Shown piece after piece: positions 13,135-25,091 of a stretch of DNA of 64,000 nucleotides (its first letter is position 1; each line of letters starts with the position of its first letter). Origin of the DNA: Camelus dromedarius (taxonomy: Eukaryota); assembly GCF_036321535.1 (NCBI RefSeq), contig NC_087436.1, forward strand, positions 119,972,001 to 120,036,000, given 5' to 3'. The notes under the pieces were generated by a model, which was not told the DNA's origin, did not search any database, and was given only the letters and a program-made list of their open reading frames with translations. Position numbers and translations under genes: made by a program.

Positions 13135-13574
13135 TCAGTGCTCTGGGACAGCTGTAACAGAGTACCACAAGTGGGGTTTCCAGCCACAGGAATCTGTTGT
13201 CTCAGTTCTGGAATCAGAAGTCCAAAGGCAGGTGTCGGTCGGCCAGGCCAGTTCCCTCTGGGGGCTGCAGGGACCCGCTCCAGGCCCCCTCCCAGCTTCC
13301 GGCGGCTCCTGCAGCCCTTGGCGTTCCTTGGTGTAGACGCATCACCTGACGTCCGCCTCCGTGTTCCGTCTTCTCTCTGTGCCTGTCTTCCTCTGTTCTA
13401 ATAAGGACACCAGCCGCTGGGTTTAGGGCCGCCTTAAATCGAAGATGATGTCACCCTAGACTGTTGACACAGTCACACCTGCAGAGACGCTGTTTCCAGG
13501 GAAGGCCACACTCACAGGTCTGAGGGTCAGGATGTGGACAACTCTTCCTGGGGGTCAGAACTCAACCCACTACA
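13135..13574 (-). mobile_element. MLT1B/C-type ERVL-MaLR solo LTR
   Basis: gctgtaacagagtaccacaag...cagttctggaatcagaagtccaa...gtagacgcatcac...taaggacaccag...tcaacccactaca. Confidence 0.85.
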
Positions 13575-13956
13575 GTGCCCATAAGGCCTTGCAGAACTTG
13601 ACCCTCTGTTACTCCAGTCCCACCTCCTTCACCGCCACACGTCTGAGCTCCCCTTCCTGGTGCCTGCTGTCCCGGGTCAGCCCCACCGCCTCCACCCCAC
13701 CGTCCCGCTTTATCTCCTTGGCGCACGATCGTCCCTGAAACGATCCTCAGACCTGCCTGAGCCGGGTTCTGCCCTGCGGAACGTGTCACTTACGGCAGAA
13801 ACCTTGACCCTCAGGTCACGATCAGAGTCTCGGCATCAGGGGTGCAGGGCGGCGCCGGGCGTCCGTGCGGGCGGTGCAGTGAGTGCCTGGGCCCGAGTGG
13901 GCGGGGTGGGGCGCCCCCGGCGCGAGGGGAGGCCTCACACCCACTTGGTGTTTCAG

Positions 13957-14121
13957 ATCATCCTGGTGAGCTCCTCGCTCAGCGACCGCGACCAGAGCCT
14001 GTTCCTCAGCACGGACGAGGGCGCCACCTTCCAGAAGCAGCTCATCCCCTTCTCTGTGGAGACGCTGATTTTCCACCCCCGGGAGGAGGACAAGGTGCTG
14101 GCCTACACCCGAGAGAGCAAG
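13957..14121 (+). CDS. SORCS2: SORCS2 coding exon (~exon 4), 165 nt: IILVSSSLSDRDQSLFLSTDEGATFQKQLIPFSVETLIFHPREEDKVLAYTRESK
   Basis: Acceptor tttcag|ATC, donor AAG|gtgagc, phase 0/0; Asp-box STDEGATF; lies within ORF 13660..14196. Confidence 0.96.
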
Positions 14122-14634
14122 GTGAGCAGCCCTGGGGCCTCTCAGCCACGTGGGGCCCGTAAGCGGGAGTACCCCAGGGGGTACCTAGACCCCTGATTGG
14201 GGCCCCCCAGACCTGTGTGCCCGCCGACAGGAGCTCACTGCTTCAGTGCCTCGTGTGAGACCGAGGGGCCGAGGTGAGAGGTCCTGGGCACAAATGTGTG
14301 TGTGAGACGGGTGGCTGGATAGTGGATAATTACCAGGACCCTTCCCCTCTGCCACCCCTCTCTGCACACTGGCCGCAGGGCCTCCCTCTGCTGCCGGAAC
14401 ATTGCACGTGCCCTCCCACACGCGGCTCTCCCTCAGCTTGTCAGAGCGAATCCTCCTTCAGACCCCAAATCAGCACCCCCTCCTCCGAGGGCCGTCCAGC
14501 AGGCCCCCTGCAGGAACCCAGGGCACCCGCGTGGGGGGACGGAGGAGAAGGCAGGGGAGGGCTCTCTCCGGGGCCAGCGTTTCGTAGGAGAGAACTGAGG
14601 GATGAGGAGGGAGACACAGGCCAGCAAAAGAGGC

Positions 14635-15138
14635 CACTCTGTTTCCTTCGGTCACTGTAAGAAACGACCACAAACATGAATTCCTAAAACAACAGAAATT
14701 TATTCTCTCAGGGTTTTGGAGACCAGAAGTCCAAAATCAGTTTCATGGGGCCAAGAACACGGTGTCTGCGGGGCCATGCTCCCGCTGGAGGCTCTGGGGA
14801 GGGCGAGGGCCCCGCCCTTGTCTCTCGCAGTTTCTGGGATTCATGGCTTGTGAACGAGTCACTCTGTTGTAAAGGGCAGCGTCTTCAGCCCCGCCCTGCT
14901 CCACTAAATGTCGCTGCGTGCGCGTGTGTGTGCGTGCGCGTGTGTGCACGCGCGCGCGCGCTTGCGTGTGCGAACGTCCCCTCTGCCCCACCTGGATAAT
15001 CCAGGGTGATCTCCCCACCTAGAGATCTCCACAGAATCACATCAGTAAAGTCCTGTTTTGCTCCACGAGGTCCCATTCACAGGCTCCAGGGATCAGGATA
15101 CGGAAATCTTTTGGGGGGAAGGTTTTCAGCCTACCACT
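14635..15138 (-). mobile_element. MLT1D/E-type ERVL-MaLR solo LTR with internal (TG/CG)n expansion
   Basis: taaaacaacagaaatttattctctca...cctggataatccagggtgatctccccacc...ttcagcctaccac. Confidence 0.85.
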
Positions 15139-15479
15139 CTGTCCACTAGCGGCCTGGCCCCCAGAGTCACAAGGAAAGGGCCGAGGAGAAGGCCGGCCCA
15201 GGATCGAGTAACTCAGCCGCTACACACGGTGGCTGGGCAGTCGGAGAGCAGGCGTCCTGGTGCCCTGGCTCTCTCTCCTCCCGCCCTCCAGTCTCCTGCT
15301 GGTCTGAATCCCACCAGAAGCCAGAGGAAAGGAGTCTGTGGATGCAGTCTACAAGGGTCAGCCCCCAGGGTCAGAGAAGGAAGGAGCAGGGCAGAGCACG
15401 GGTCTGGAGCAGGTGGAAGCCAATCGCATCGAGAGCCTCCTTTACAACCCCAGGCCTGCCTGGGCCCCACGGTTCCACG

Positions 15480-15765
15480 CTCTCCCAGGTGCCAGTGCCT
15501 CTTTGCCGGGACTGATCACAATGTGTAATTATACATTTGTGCCATTGTCTGATTTTTGTCTGTGCCCTACACACACCCTCCCTCAGGGTGAGACTTTGAG
15601 GGTAGGGGCTATGCCTGCTCCTTTCACCATTTTTTCGCAAGTTCCTGGCTGAAAATACTGAATGGATGGATGGTGGATGGATGGATGGGGTTGGATTTAC
15701 AAATGGATGGATGGATGGATGGAGGGGTGGATGGATGGCAGTTGGATGAATGAACGGATGGATGT
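15480..15765 (+). repeat. L2 3' end followed by (TGGA)n microsatellite (15662-15765)
   Basis: L2-like tgagggtaggggctatgcctg...ttcacca followed by tgga repeats. Confidence 0.7.
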
Positions 15766-16404
15766 CTACCATAGGGACCTCGGGACAGAGCCTCCCGGCT
15801 GGCCTGAGCCGTGGCTGGCTGCAGGACCTGGCTTCCTTGCTGGCCTTGAATTTATTGTGTCTGCTTTGACCTGGAAGACAGCACGTCTACTCACACTCCA
15901 CTGGCCAAAGCAAGTCTTCTCTCGGGGCCAAGGTCTGGTCCTCACTGACTGACGGATGTCCCTGAAATTCCCCAGCCTCGCGGGCTGCCTCTGCTCTGGC
16001 ACGTTCCTTTGGGACAGCGTGTGCTTCTGGGTATTAATAGCACTACTTAGCCTTCCATGTAATTAGAGTAAAGCACAATCACTTATTTTCCCGCAGAAAC
16101 TGACTGCGTTACAATTGCTCTTTAATTTATGGTCCCCTGAAAAATTAATGGAGCTGAAACAGTTATTTTCTTTGGTTCTTTTCTGTGACGAGAAGGAAAG
16201 AAAAAGCACAGAAGAAAGGCTTAGCTGTGGTTGTAAAAGGAATGAGGAATTTGAGGATATTAATAATAATGACAGCAGGGCTGTCGTTTTTTGGTTTTTG
16301 GTTTTTTTTAGACTTTATGGTTTTCAAAGGTCTCCAACTCCCCAGAAGCAGGATGCTGTGATAGGACAACACTGACTTTGATTCCAACAGAGCTGGTGTG
16401 ATAG

Positions 16405-16760
16405 GCAGCGTCTGCTGCTATAATGCTGAGTAGCACACAGCCCCAGACCTCAGTGGCTCACAGCAACAGGCGTCCTTTCTTGTTCCTGGGTCTGTGAGTC
16501 GGCTGGGGTCCTATAGGGCTCGACTGGGATTGGCTGGGCGTGGCTCCTGGCTCCTGGTACAGTTCGGGTCTCTCATCCTGGGGCCACTGGTTACTTGGGG
16601 ATGTGCTGTTCTCAGGATGGAGGGCAGAGGCTCTGGGGGCAGAGGAAACAGCCCAAGAACTTTTGCATGTCTGATTTGACCTGGAAGACGTCGCTGCACA
16701 CACCTCAGACCTAAGCTAGTCACGTGCCATTCCCAGAGTCAGCGGGTAGGACATAAACAC
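16405..16760 (-). mobile_element. Old MLT1 (J/K/L-type) LTR fragment
   Basis: tgctgctataatgctgagtagcacacagccccagacctcagtggctcacagcaac resembles the reverse strand of an old MLT1 terminus. Confidence 0.6.
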
Positions 16761-19387
16761 CTCTCTCAGTAGGACTTGCCGATTTCTGCAAAACCAAATG
16801 CTCCCTTGTGTTCTCCCTTCCTTTTCCCTCCAAGATGCCTGCCCCCCCTCTAGCAAACAGACTGTCCTTCCATCCTCAGTCTGCCCTGTCCTCCCACTTC
16901 CACTTCCCTCCTTCACTGCGTCGTTATCGCTTGGTGTGCTCTGAGGCTACCTTATTTGGAGCCTGGACAGCCTTCTTGGGGGAGAGCCTCATGCAGTGGT
17001 TTTTCTTTCAAGGCTCAGAAGAATGCATTAGGCTGCTGGGATCAAAAGGATGTGAGAGCTGGCCAGTCCCCTCCCACGCCAGCTCGCTGGGGACCCTGGC
17101 ATGAAACTGACCAGCATGTTCCCCGGGGCCCAGACCTGGGGGCTGCTCACAGGCAGAGCCCTGGGCACTGACCTCTGAAATACTGATAGACCCACTCTTC
17201 TGATTCATTCTGCTTCCCATCAAGAACCCGCTTCCTAGCACCATCGGAAATTGGTCTGAGCCTGGCACTGCCTTCCAGAAACTTCATAGAGGAGCAAAGA
17301 CACTGTGAGTGGCCAGTCAGGGAAGCCATCCTGGAGGAGGAGTTGTTGAACTAGGACTTAGAGAATGGGCCAGGATATAAGCTTACTTCTTAGTCTGATC
17401 TCAGAATGACAAAGATGATCACACAAGAAAAGAAAAATGAAGTCCCGCCATCCTCCAGTCCACATGAAACTGCTTGCATTTATCCAGGCTGAAGAGGAGG
17501 GAGAGCGCTGCCAAGGCAGTGGGGCTGGGTGGGCAAGAGCTCCCACAAGAGAGAGCTGGTGGGCGGCCCCGCAGGGCCACACGCTGCAATGCCCTGTTTT
17601 GCTTTCTCTGACCAGAAAACTTCAGAATCGGGAAGAAACTGGGCTTCTGTTGAGTCGCAGAACCATTCTGTGGGCAGTGAGAATCGTACCCCTCGCCGTG
17701 TGTGGGCCTTTGTGCTCTGCCCCTTGTATCTGACAGGGCTCGAGGCAGGAGAGACCTCACTCTGGGTATTTTAGAAATACAGAAAAAGGGTGTAGCATGA
17801 GGTACTGAGTCGTCTCTAAACCATTGGGAGGGCTGGAAGGGGACTTCAGGCCAGACCCCTAAGGATCCTCCCAGAAGCTGAACCAGCAGGGAGGAGGTGG
17901 GGGCCTGGGAGCTCCGCTGGGGTTACCAAGGTCAAGAACATACAGCTGATGCCGGAATCCAGGCGTCTGAAATCACCACTGTCGCAGCCCACATGACCCA
18001 GGAACATCCACGAAGTCAGAGATTGGACACTGGAATGCAGAGTCCAGCTCCTGCCTCCACCACACCCACTCCTCCACCCTGCTGGAGGATGGATGCCCAG
18101 CGTGGCCCCGTCACCTTGCTGGACAGCGAAAATGGCCCCAGGCAGCAGGGAGATGCCCCCGAGGCACTTTCTCCTTCGAAACCTCTCACGAGTGCATAGA
18201 GCGGACCCAGAATTCTAGCTGCAAGGGAGTCTGAGCAATGCTGGGTTTCAGCTTTTCAGCCTTTGCAGTAGGACCAAGTGCCCCACAGCAGGGAGGGAAG
18301 GGTGCTGAGTTCCAGCCAACCTAGGGGGAACAGCAGTGCCTCTAACAATCGCGTAAGACCTCCCAGCACACGTGCCTGCAAACGCACCTTCCCTGACCTC
18401 AGCCCCCTGTGTTTCCTTTACGGCTCCCTTGTTCTGACTTCTGATCATTTTATCCTTACATCAGAGAGGCCTGTGTGTTCTGGTCTGCCACCTCCACCCC
18501 TTTCTTAGAGGGACATCTAGACGGAGCCCACCCCTCCCTAGGACATCGCTGTGCGGGTTTCAGCTGCAGTAACTAGGATGTCCCTGATCCATTTGTTCTT
18601 GTTTATTTGCTGGTGTTTGTCTTTTATTAAGCAGAGATGTTCTATTTCTGCAGTAATTGACTGTGCATTATAAAACCACTTCCCGTGAGAGCAAATGGGA
18701 AAGGCTTCATAAAGTCCTGGGGCAGGTGTCATAAACACAGGTGCGCACAGGTGCATCGGCGGTGACGGCAGCGATGACGCCCGCCTTTGATGTGGAGGTT
18801 TTACAACCTGGCTCCTGGAAACTGACAGCCACAGGCTCATTTTTTTATTCCCTTATTGCTTAAGGATATGAGCTATGCTCTCTCGATTTGCAGATGGGTA
18901 AAGTGAGATGTGAGGGGGAGTGACCAGGCTTGGCCACTCAGGTGGCCCAGACAAAGGACCAGAAGTGACCCATCATCCTTCTCGGGGTGGGGGTTGGGTT
19001 GCCACCTGAAGCCCCCACGTGGGGCCGTATCTGCTATTTGCTGAGCACCTACTACTTGCTGATCACCTCACATGCATGTCCTACTCCAGGGTCTGGGCTT
19101 GAGTGTCCCCTCCCCCCTGGAATGGCCTCTGCCTTCCTCTGCCTGCAGACATCCCCATGACCCCGATGATGGTCTGATGCCCAGCAACAGTCGGCGTCCA
19201 GGGAGGAGACGAGGAAGCTCCAGATAGTGCCCAGGGGGAACACAACACACGGAATTTGTCACAAAGGCATTGGAAGGGCTGCAGGAGCAAAACAGGAAGG
19301 CGGTTTACTCCAGAGCAGAGGCTGTGGCCACCACAGGCCCCCAGGCTGGAGGGGAGGGGAGAGCCTGCAGTGGCCAGGAGCCCATGA

Positions 19388-19445
19388 GTGTGTGTGTGTC
19401 TGTGTGTGTGTGTGTGTCCGTGTATGTGTGTCTGTGTCTGTGTGC
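19388..19445. repeat. Imperfect (TG)n microsatellite
   Basis: gtgtgtgtgtgtctgtgtgtgtgtgtgtgtccgtgtatgtgtgtctgtgtctgtgtg. Confidence 0.95.
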
Positions 19446-20418
19446 ACCTGCTCGCCAGTCCCGTGGGGCCGGGACCTGACAGGCAAGGGAGGCTGGGAGC
19501 GTACTTGCCGGCTCCCCCAACCCAATCTCCTTATCTTGTCTGCTGGTCTCAGGCAGAGTCCAGCACAAGATGAGAAACGGTTAAAACTCAGGCCAAACCC
19601 TTTCTCCTTCCTTCTGCAGTCTCTCCTTCAAGCTGTCGTGGTGTTTTTATGAGCTATTTAACGTCATGCTCCCTGTGCACAGGGACAGGGGCAGGGCTGA
19701 TGCAGACCCTCCAGGCCCCCAGGGCCTCATGACTCAGCTCGCGACCCTCACCCTGCCGAGCCCAGGCCCCCGGGGTCGGGGATGGCAGCCCCCTGGAGGA
19801 GGCAGGGCCGCGGGCTGGTAGCCAAGGGTCTGTCCTGGGAGGCGGGCAGGCCGGACCGTGGGAACCCGGCTCCTAGCGCTACACAGGCTCTTGCAGAGCT
19901 CAAGTCCAAAGATAAAGTTACAGTGTCGTTCAAGCCAGCGAGCGCAGAGCATAAGCCCCAAGCGCGGTCCTGGTGAGCGCAGGCCGGGGCTCCTGCGGTG
20001 GTCAAGGCCCCAGCCAGCCTGCAGAGGGGCCCCTGCGGTTCCCCCGCACTGACCGTCCCACACTTCCTCCTCCCTCCTCCCGAGTGCCGCCCCACCTCCG
20101 ACCTTTTACAAGGGACATTCAAGTCCGGCCTGTGGCCTGTGCTCCGACACACCTCCAGGGACCTCACCTGCCCCATCTCTGGACCTGGCCTGGGGTCCAG
20201 AATGGATCTTTATGAAGCCCTTGACCCTGACCTTCCGCCTCACGGAGGTTGGTCTGTGCCCGCCTGGAGCGCAGGGCCCACCAACAACAGGGCCTCCTCT
20301 GGGCTGGACAGGACCGACCTCCCCGGGCACTCAGCGCCCAGGGGAGATCAGGGTCTTGGGAGAGGTTCATTCCTCACATCACGACCAAACTTTAGTTTCT
20401 CTTTTTTCTATCCTAAAG

Positions 20419-20492
20419 CTCTATGTATCGTCTGACCTGGGGAAGAAGTGGACACTTCTGCAGGAGCGAGTGACCAAAGACCACGTGTTCTG
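20419..20492 (+). CDS. SORCS2: SORCS2 coding exon (~exon 5), 74 nt: LYVSSDLGKKWTLLQERVTKDHVF(W)
   Basis: Polypyrimidine tract then cctaaag|CTC (AAG-type acceptor), donor TG|gtgagc, phase 0/2; Asp-box SSDLGKKW. Confidence 0.95.
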
Positions 20493-23009
20493 GTGAGCGT
20501 GCCCCCACCGGGACCTCGGGAGTCCCGGCAAGGCAAAGTCAGCCCCCTCGGCCCCCAGCTCAGAGTCCCCGCCTTCTCTCTGACCCCAGCCCTGCCCTCC
20601 TTGTAGCAGAGGGACCTCCAGGGTGTCCTCTCTGCATAGGAAACGGTTGGGAGTTGGGACCTGGTGTCCTTCAGGCATGTGTGTGCCTATGAATCTGCTG
20701 TGCATCTCTGCACAGGTGAGTCTCCCTCTCTGAGCCTCTACTTCCCCACAGTAGGGAGAGGCGCTAATGCACGTAAAGCTGGCCCAGTGCCCGACACACA
20801 GTAGGTCCACTGCCCCCATCCCCAACTCCCCTCCCCTCCCCTCCTGTCCTGGTCCTGATTCAGCCCCTGTCTAACTGCCCCATGACTTGCTCAGCCCCTA
20901 CCTATCTCGGCCCCGCACTCCTGCCCGGGGTACCCCCCTCCATTGGAATTCTCTCTTGGGAGCCGCTCAGCAGTAGATATGAGTGATGCTCCAGTCCGAC
21001 TGCACCAGCCAGGAAGCTCAGGGGCTCAGGAGATGCTTGTTGGACGAACGGGCGAGGCCCAGGGAGGATGAGACTTGGCCAAGCTCTGGCGGCAGAGGGA
21101 GGGGAAGCCGGGCGCGCGGCTCAGAGCCCACCCACCCATCCCACTGCGTGAACTGCCTCTGGAGGTGTGCACGGCCACACACGTGCTCTTCCCAGCAGAC
21201 CGCGTTGTCCTGAGCGTGCGCGCTCACGCACCATATCCTGTTCCTCTCTTATCTCGTTGGGGCCCCCCCCCACCCCGCTCTTGCACAGGCCTCCCCCCAG
21301 GCCACAGCCCTGTCTCCCCGGGGGACAAACACCGAGGAAAGAACTCCCCATCCCCCTTCAGCTCCTTTTGTATCTTCATGCTAATCAGGCTGGGAACTAG
21401 TTCGCTGCCTTACAGTCACAGGCTGGAGGGGAGCCTCTGACCCTCCTCTGGACCCTGGGGCCGCAGTGTGTGGCTCTCTCCTGATGCGGCCGCCCCGGGA
21501 GGGCCCGGTTCCTTCCAGAAACTGGAGCGCGGCATCAGTCACAAGCCTCACCACTGGTGTCAACTCTCGGCCCCAAGGGGTCAGGGTGGTGGCGGGAGGG
21601 GCGAGGAGGTGGGATTTCTGAGCCGGGTGGTCTGGGAACTGGCAGAACGGGGGTCTCTGCTGGTGCGTCCGGTCCTGGCCCTGCCGGGCTCCCGGGAGAC
21701 CTCTCGGGCCAAAGAGGGAAACAACCCACAGACGCTGAAGGTAAGTTGGCATCATTCAAACGTGTTATTGTCTCGGGCAAATCTCATTGTTTCTTCCCCC
21801 AAGTTGCTCAGATCGCTCTGAGCTGTTACGTGAGAGCGATAATCACGCCAGACGCTTGTCCGCTCGGGGCTGGGAGGCTTTCACAGAGAGCAGTGACAAG
21901 GCGGGGCTGCGGCCCCTCTCGCAAGCAGGGAGGCCCCTGCAAGGCGTTCTTTGTCCTTGAGCCGACAGCGGGAACTGCCGAAGCCCTGTGCTCCATCTGA
22001 GACTAAGGCCCTTCATGTTTTGAGAAGCTTAAACAATGAATGAGGTTGTGAGAGTGGCCTGGGGGGGCCGCGGCTGGGGGGCAGCACAGGGCTGGGAGAC
22101 CTGCTATATTCTGGGCCCACACCGGGCCCCGGGGCATGGCCTCTCTGTTAGTCTCTCAGTGGCACTGGAACAAAATCATAGCGGCCGCCCAGCAGCCGCC
22201 GCGTCATGAATACTGACCGTCCCCCAGGCACCAGACTGTGGGTCTGAATGCATCATCATATGAAATCTGCACAGCCGCCCCGACTGCCTTCCCCTCATGT
22301 TACCGAGGGGGAAACTGAGGCTCAGAGAGGCCAAGGCACTCATCCTAGGTCACACTGCCTGTAGCAGCAGCCCTGGGCCAGGGCCACCTCTGCCTGTGGC
22401 CAGTGGCTGTGCCAGTGACCGCTCTGTGGGCAGTCTGTCCGCCTGTGTGTCCCCAGGCGTTTTCAAGTCTGCTTCCCTGCTCCAGCCCGGGCTCACCCAT
22501 AAAGCCTCGGCTTTCCTCTCCTGTTGGCTCCAAGGCCTGCGCAGCTGTGGGACAAGTAAAGGGCCTCTGTCACGGAGCGGGGCGGGGCGGGCAGAGGTCA
22601 CCCCACCACATCCCACACAGGCCTGGCTGGGGTGTACTGCGGTTTTACCAGAACTGTTTCCCAGCATTCAAAGGGTGCAAAACGCAACTCCCTGTGTTCC
22701 CAGAGCTCTTGACTCTTTCGAGAGCCCGCTTGCTCACAAGTCTTCTCGTGTGATGGCTGCTTCTAATCAGTAGACCGAGGGCCTTCCCCAAATACCATCT
22801 TTGGGGATCTTAACAAACAGGAAGGCCCAGAGGTCAATGCCTGTCATGTCCCGCAGGCTCTACCTGAGGTGTGTAAATGCGGAGCTTCACATGGTCCTCA
22901 AAGCCCAGGAACAAGGGGTTCCGGGGCGGGAACCGCCATACTCCCTGCCTGTTGCAGGGCCTGGTGTGGGTGTGCTGGGCAGCGGCAGTGGAGATGCTCC
23001 CACGGAGAG

Positions 23010-23340
23010 CGAGGGAGGAAGGGAGGGAGGGAGTGAATGGGTGGATGAGGGAGGGAGGGAACAAATGGGCCAATGAATGAGTGGACGAATGAGTGAGTGT
23101 GTGAGTGAGTGAATGAGTGAGGGAATGAGGGAATGAGCAAGGGAATGAGTGAGTGAGTGAGGGAATGAGCTAGTGAGCGAGGGAATGAGTGAGCGAGGGA
23201 ATGATTGAGTGAGCGAGTGAGCGAGGGAATGAGTGAGCGAGGGAATGATTGAGTGAGCGAGTGAGTGAGGGAATGAGCGAGTGAGCGAGTGAGCGAGGGA
23301 ATGAATGAGTGAGGGAATGAGTGAGTGAGCGAGGGAGGGC
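23010..23340. repeat. Compound tetranucleotide tract (GAGT/GAGC/GAAT/GAGG)n
   Basis: Repeating gagtgagcgagggaat units visible directly. Confidence 0.95.
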
Positions 23341-24696
23341 CGGGCTGGGTGTCATCTCCCCACGTGCAGATGATGGATGGTCAACCTAAAATTCCACCCG
23401 CCCAGCTGGGGACCTGTCAGTGCCCTGGCTAGGGAACAGTGTCTGTCTTTATTCAGAAAAGAGGAAAACGTCAGGCAGGAGACCTCCTTCCAAGGGTCTC
23501 ACAAAAGGTCTGTTCACAAAACCTGCTTTGACACTTCACCTCGCAGCCGAGACCACCCGGGGTCAGAGTGGCTGATGCTGGCGCCCACGTTCCAAACACC
23601 GTGGACTGCAGGGCTGCCAGCCCAGTCTCGCCACACGGAACACCTGCGGGCCCGAGGCACTCAGACCCACTGTGGAATTCCCCTGTCCACCGGGGGCCAC
23701 CTGGGGTCACCTGGGGCCACCTGGTCCCTGGAGGAAGTGGAGAAAGCAGGGACCCTGGTGCCAGGCCCGTTGGGAGGTGGGCTGAGACCTGAGAGGGGCC
23801 AGCTTCGGGCTGGGGGCTGTCAGTGATGGGGACTGAGCACTCTGCCGGCCACCGCTCCCTGGCCTGGAGGGGCCGTGGGATTCCCTGTCGCGGGCACTGA
23901 GTAGCTGTGGGAAGTGGCCTCCATGTCAGACTCTCAGTTTGCTCTTTGGCAAAGTAAGTCTGCTGCATCAGGTCGGCGTCCACGAGAGGGTCGGCCTGGA
24001 GGATGGACGTTAATAGTCATATTGGCTGTTGGCTGGATTGTATGTTATAGGGAATACAATCAGCTCATCACGCCCAGGATGTCCTGGGCATTCTTGCTTG
24101 GGGACAGCTGAGCTCCCTAGCAGGTTTTAAAGGAGCTGACATGTAAAGAAAGTGGTGGAGAGAGGACAGTCCAGCTGACAGGGAATTGGCAGGGTCTGGG
24201 AAACCCTGGACCACATCACATCACCCCTAAGACTCCTTTTGGTAGAAAAATCTGCACTCCACCTCCTAGGTGCCAGGCTCTCTGCTGGGTGGTTGAGGGG
24301 TCAGCGCTGAAGCAGCCGGACCCTGTCCCTGCCTCCCCTGGAGGACACCGCCCACGGAGCTGTTACCCCAGAACGCATCTTTCCTGCCTCGCTGAGTGCT
24401 CCGCCAGTAGCCACAGTCCCCACTGTGATCCAGGCGCTGCCTGAGCCCCGTGACCAGCGTGGCCTGTGGAGCGGCCCGCGGCAGAGAGCAGCGCCTTCCC
24501 AAGGATGCGCTGTGATGGGGGAGAGGCGGGAGCTGGGGGAGGGAGTTCACATCCTTCCTGGTGTGAGCCCGGCCCTGCTGCTTCGGCTGCGTGCCCTCCG
24601 GGTTGTTTTGTAGCTCTGAGCCTCCGTTTCCTCATTTGCAAAATTAGGGTGATATTCTCAGGCCTTCCTTGCCTCCTGAGATAGTCTTGGTCATTA

Positions 24697-24764
24697 ACAC
24701 ACACACCCCACCACACACACACACACCCCTCCACACACACACACCCCACCACACACACACACAC
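24697..24764. repeat. Interrupted (CA)n microsatellite
   Basis: acacacacac runs separated by cccc. Confidence 0.95.
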
Positions 24765-25026
24765 GAACGTCAAAGTCTTCTCTAAGCTACTATAAATGGA
24801 GGAATGCCCAGCCACCCCCACGCCCTGCAAGGCAGCGGCAGGGGCCCCGTCAGCCTCCCAGGAGCAGGCGGGTTCTCAGGGACGGCTGTGTCTTCTGACT
24901 CACAGATTTGGGAGGCCTCAGACCCAGGACACCACGTGGCTGCCCAGGGCTCAGGGGTCACACCAGGCCCGTGAGAAGGGCTTGGGGGCTCTGTTCCCAA
25001 TGCCAGCCTCAGCCATTCTGTTCCAG

Positions 25027-25091
25027 GGCTGTGTCTGGGGTGGACGCCGACCCTGACCTGGTCCACGTGGAAGCCCAGGACGTCGGAGGAG
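25027..25091 (+). CDS. SORCS2: SORCS2 coding exon (~exon 6), 65 nt: (W)AVSGVDADPDLVHVEAQDVGG(G)
   Basis: Acceptor ttctgttccag|G, donor GAG|gtaagc, phase 2/1; continues the frame of the previous exon. Confidence 0.95.

Noticed and set aside
23010..23340. Repeat array superficially like a CRISPR or satellite array
   Set aside because: Tetranucleotide-based units with no unique spacers, no cas genes, and a mammalian context.
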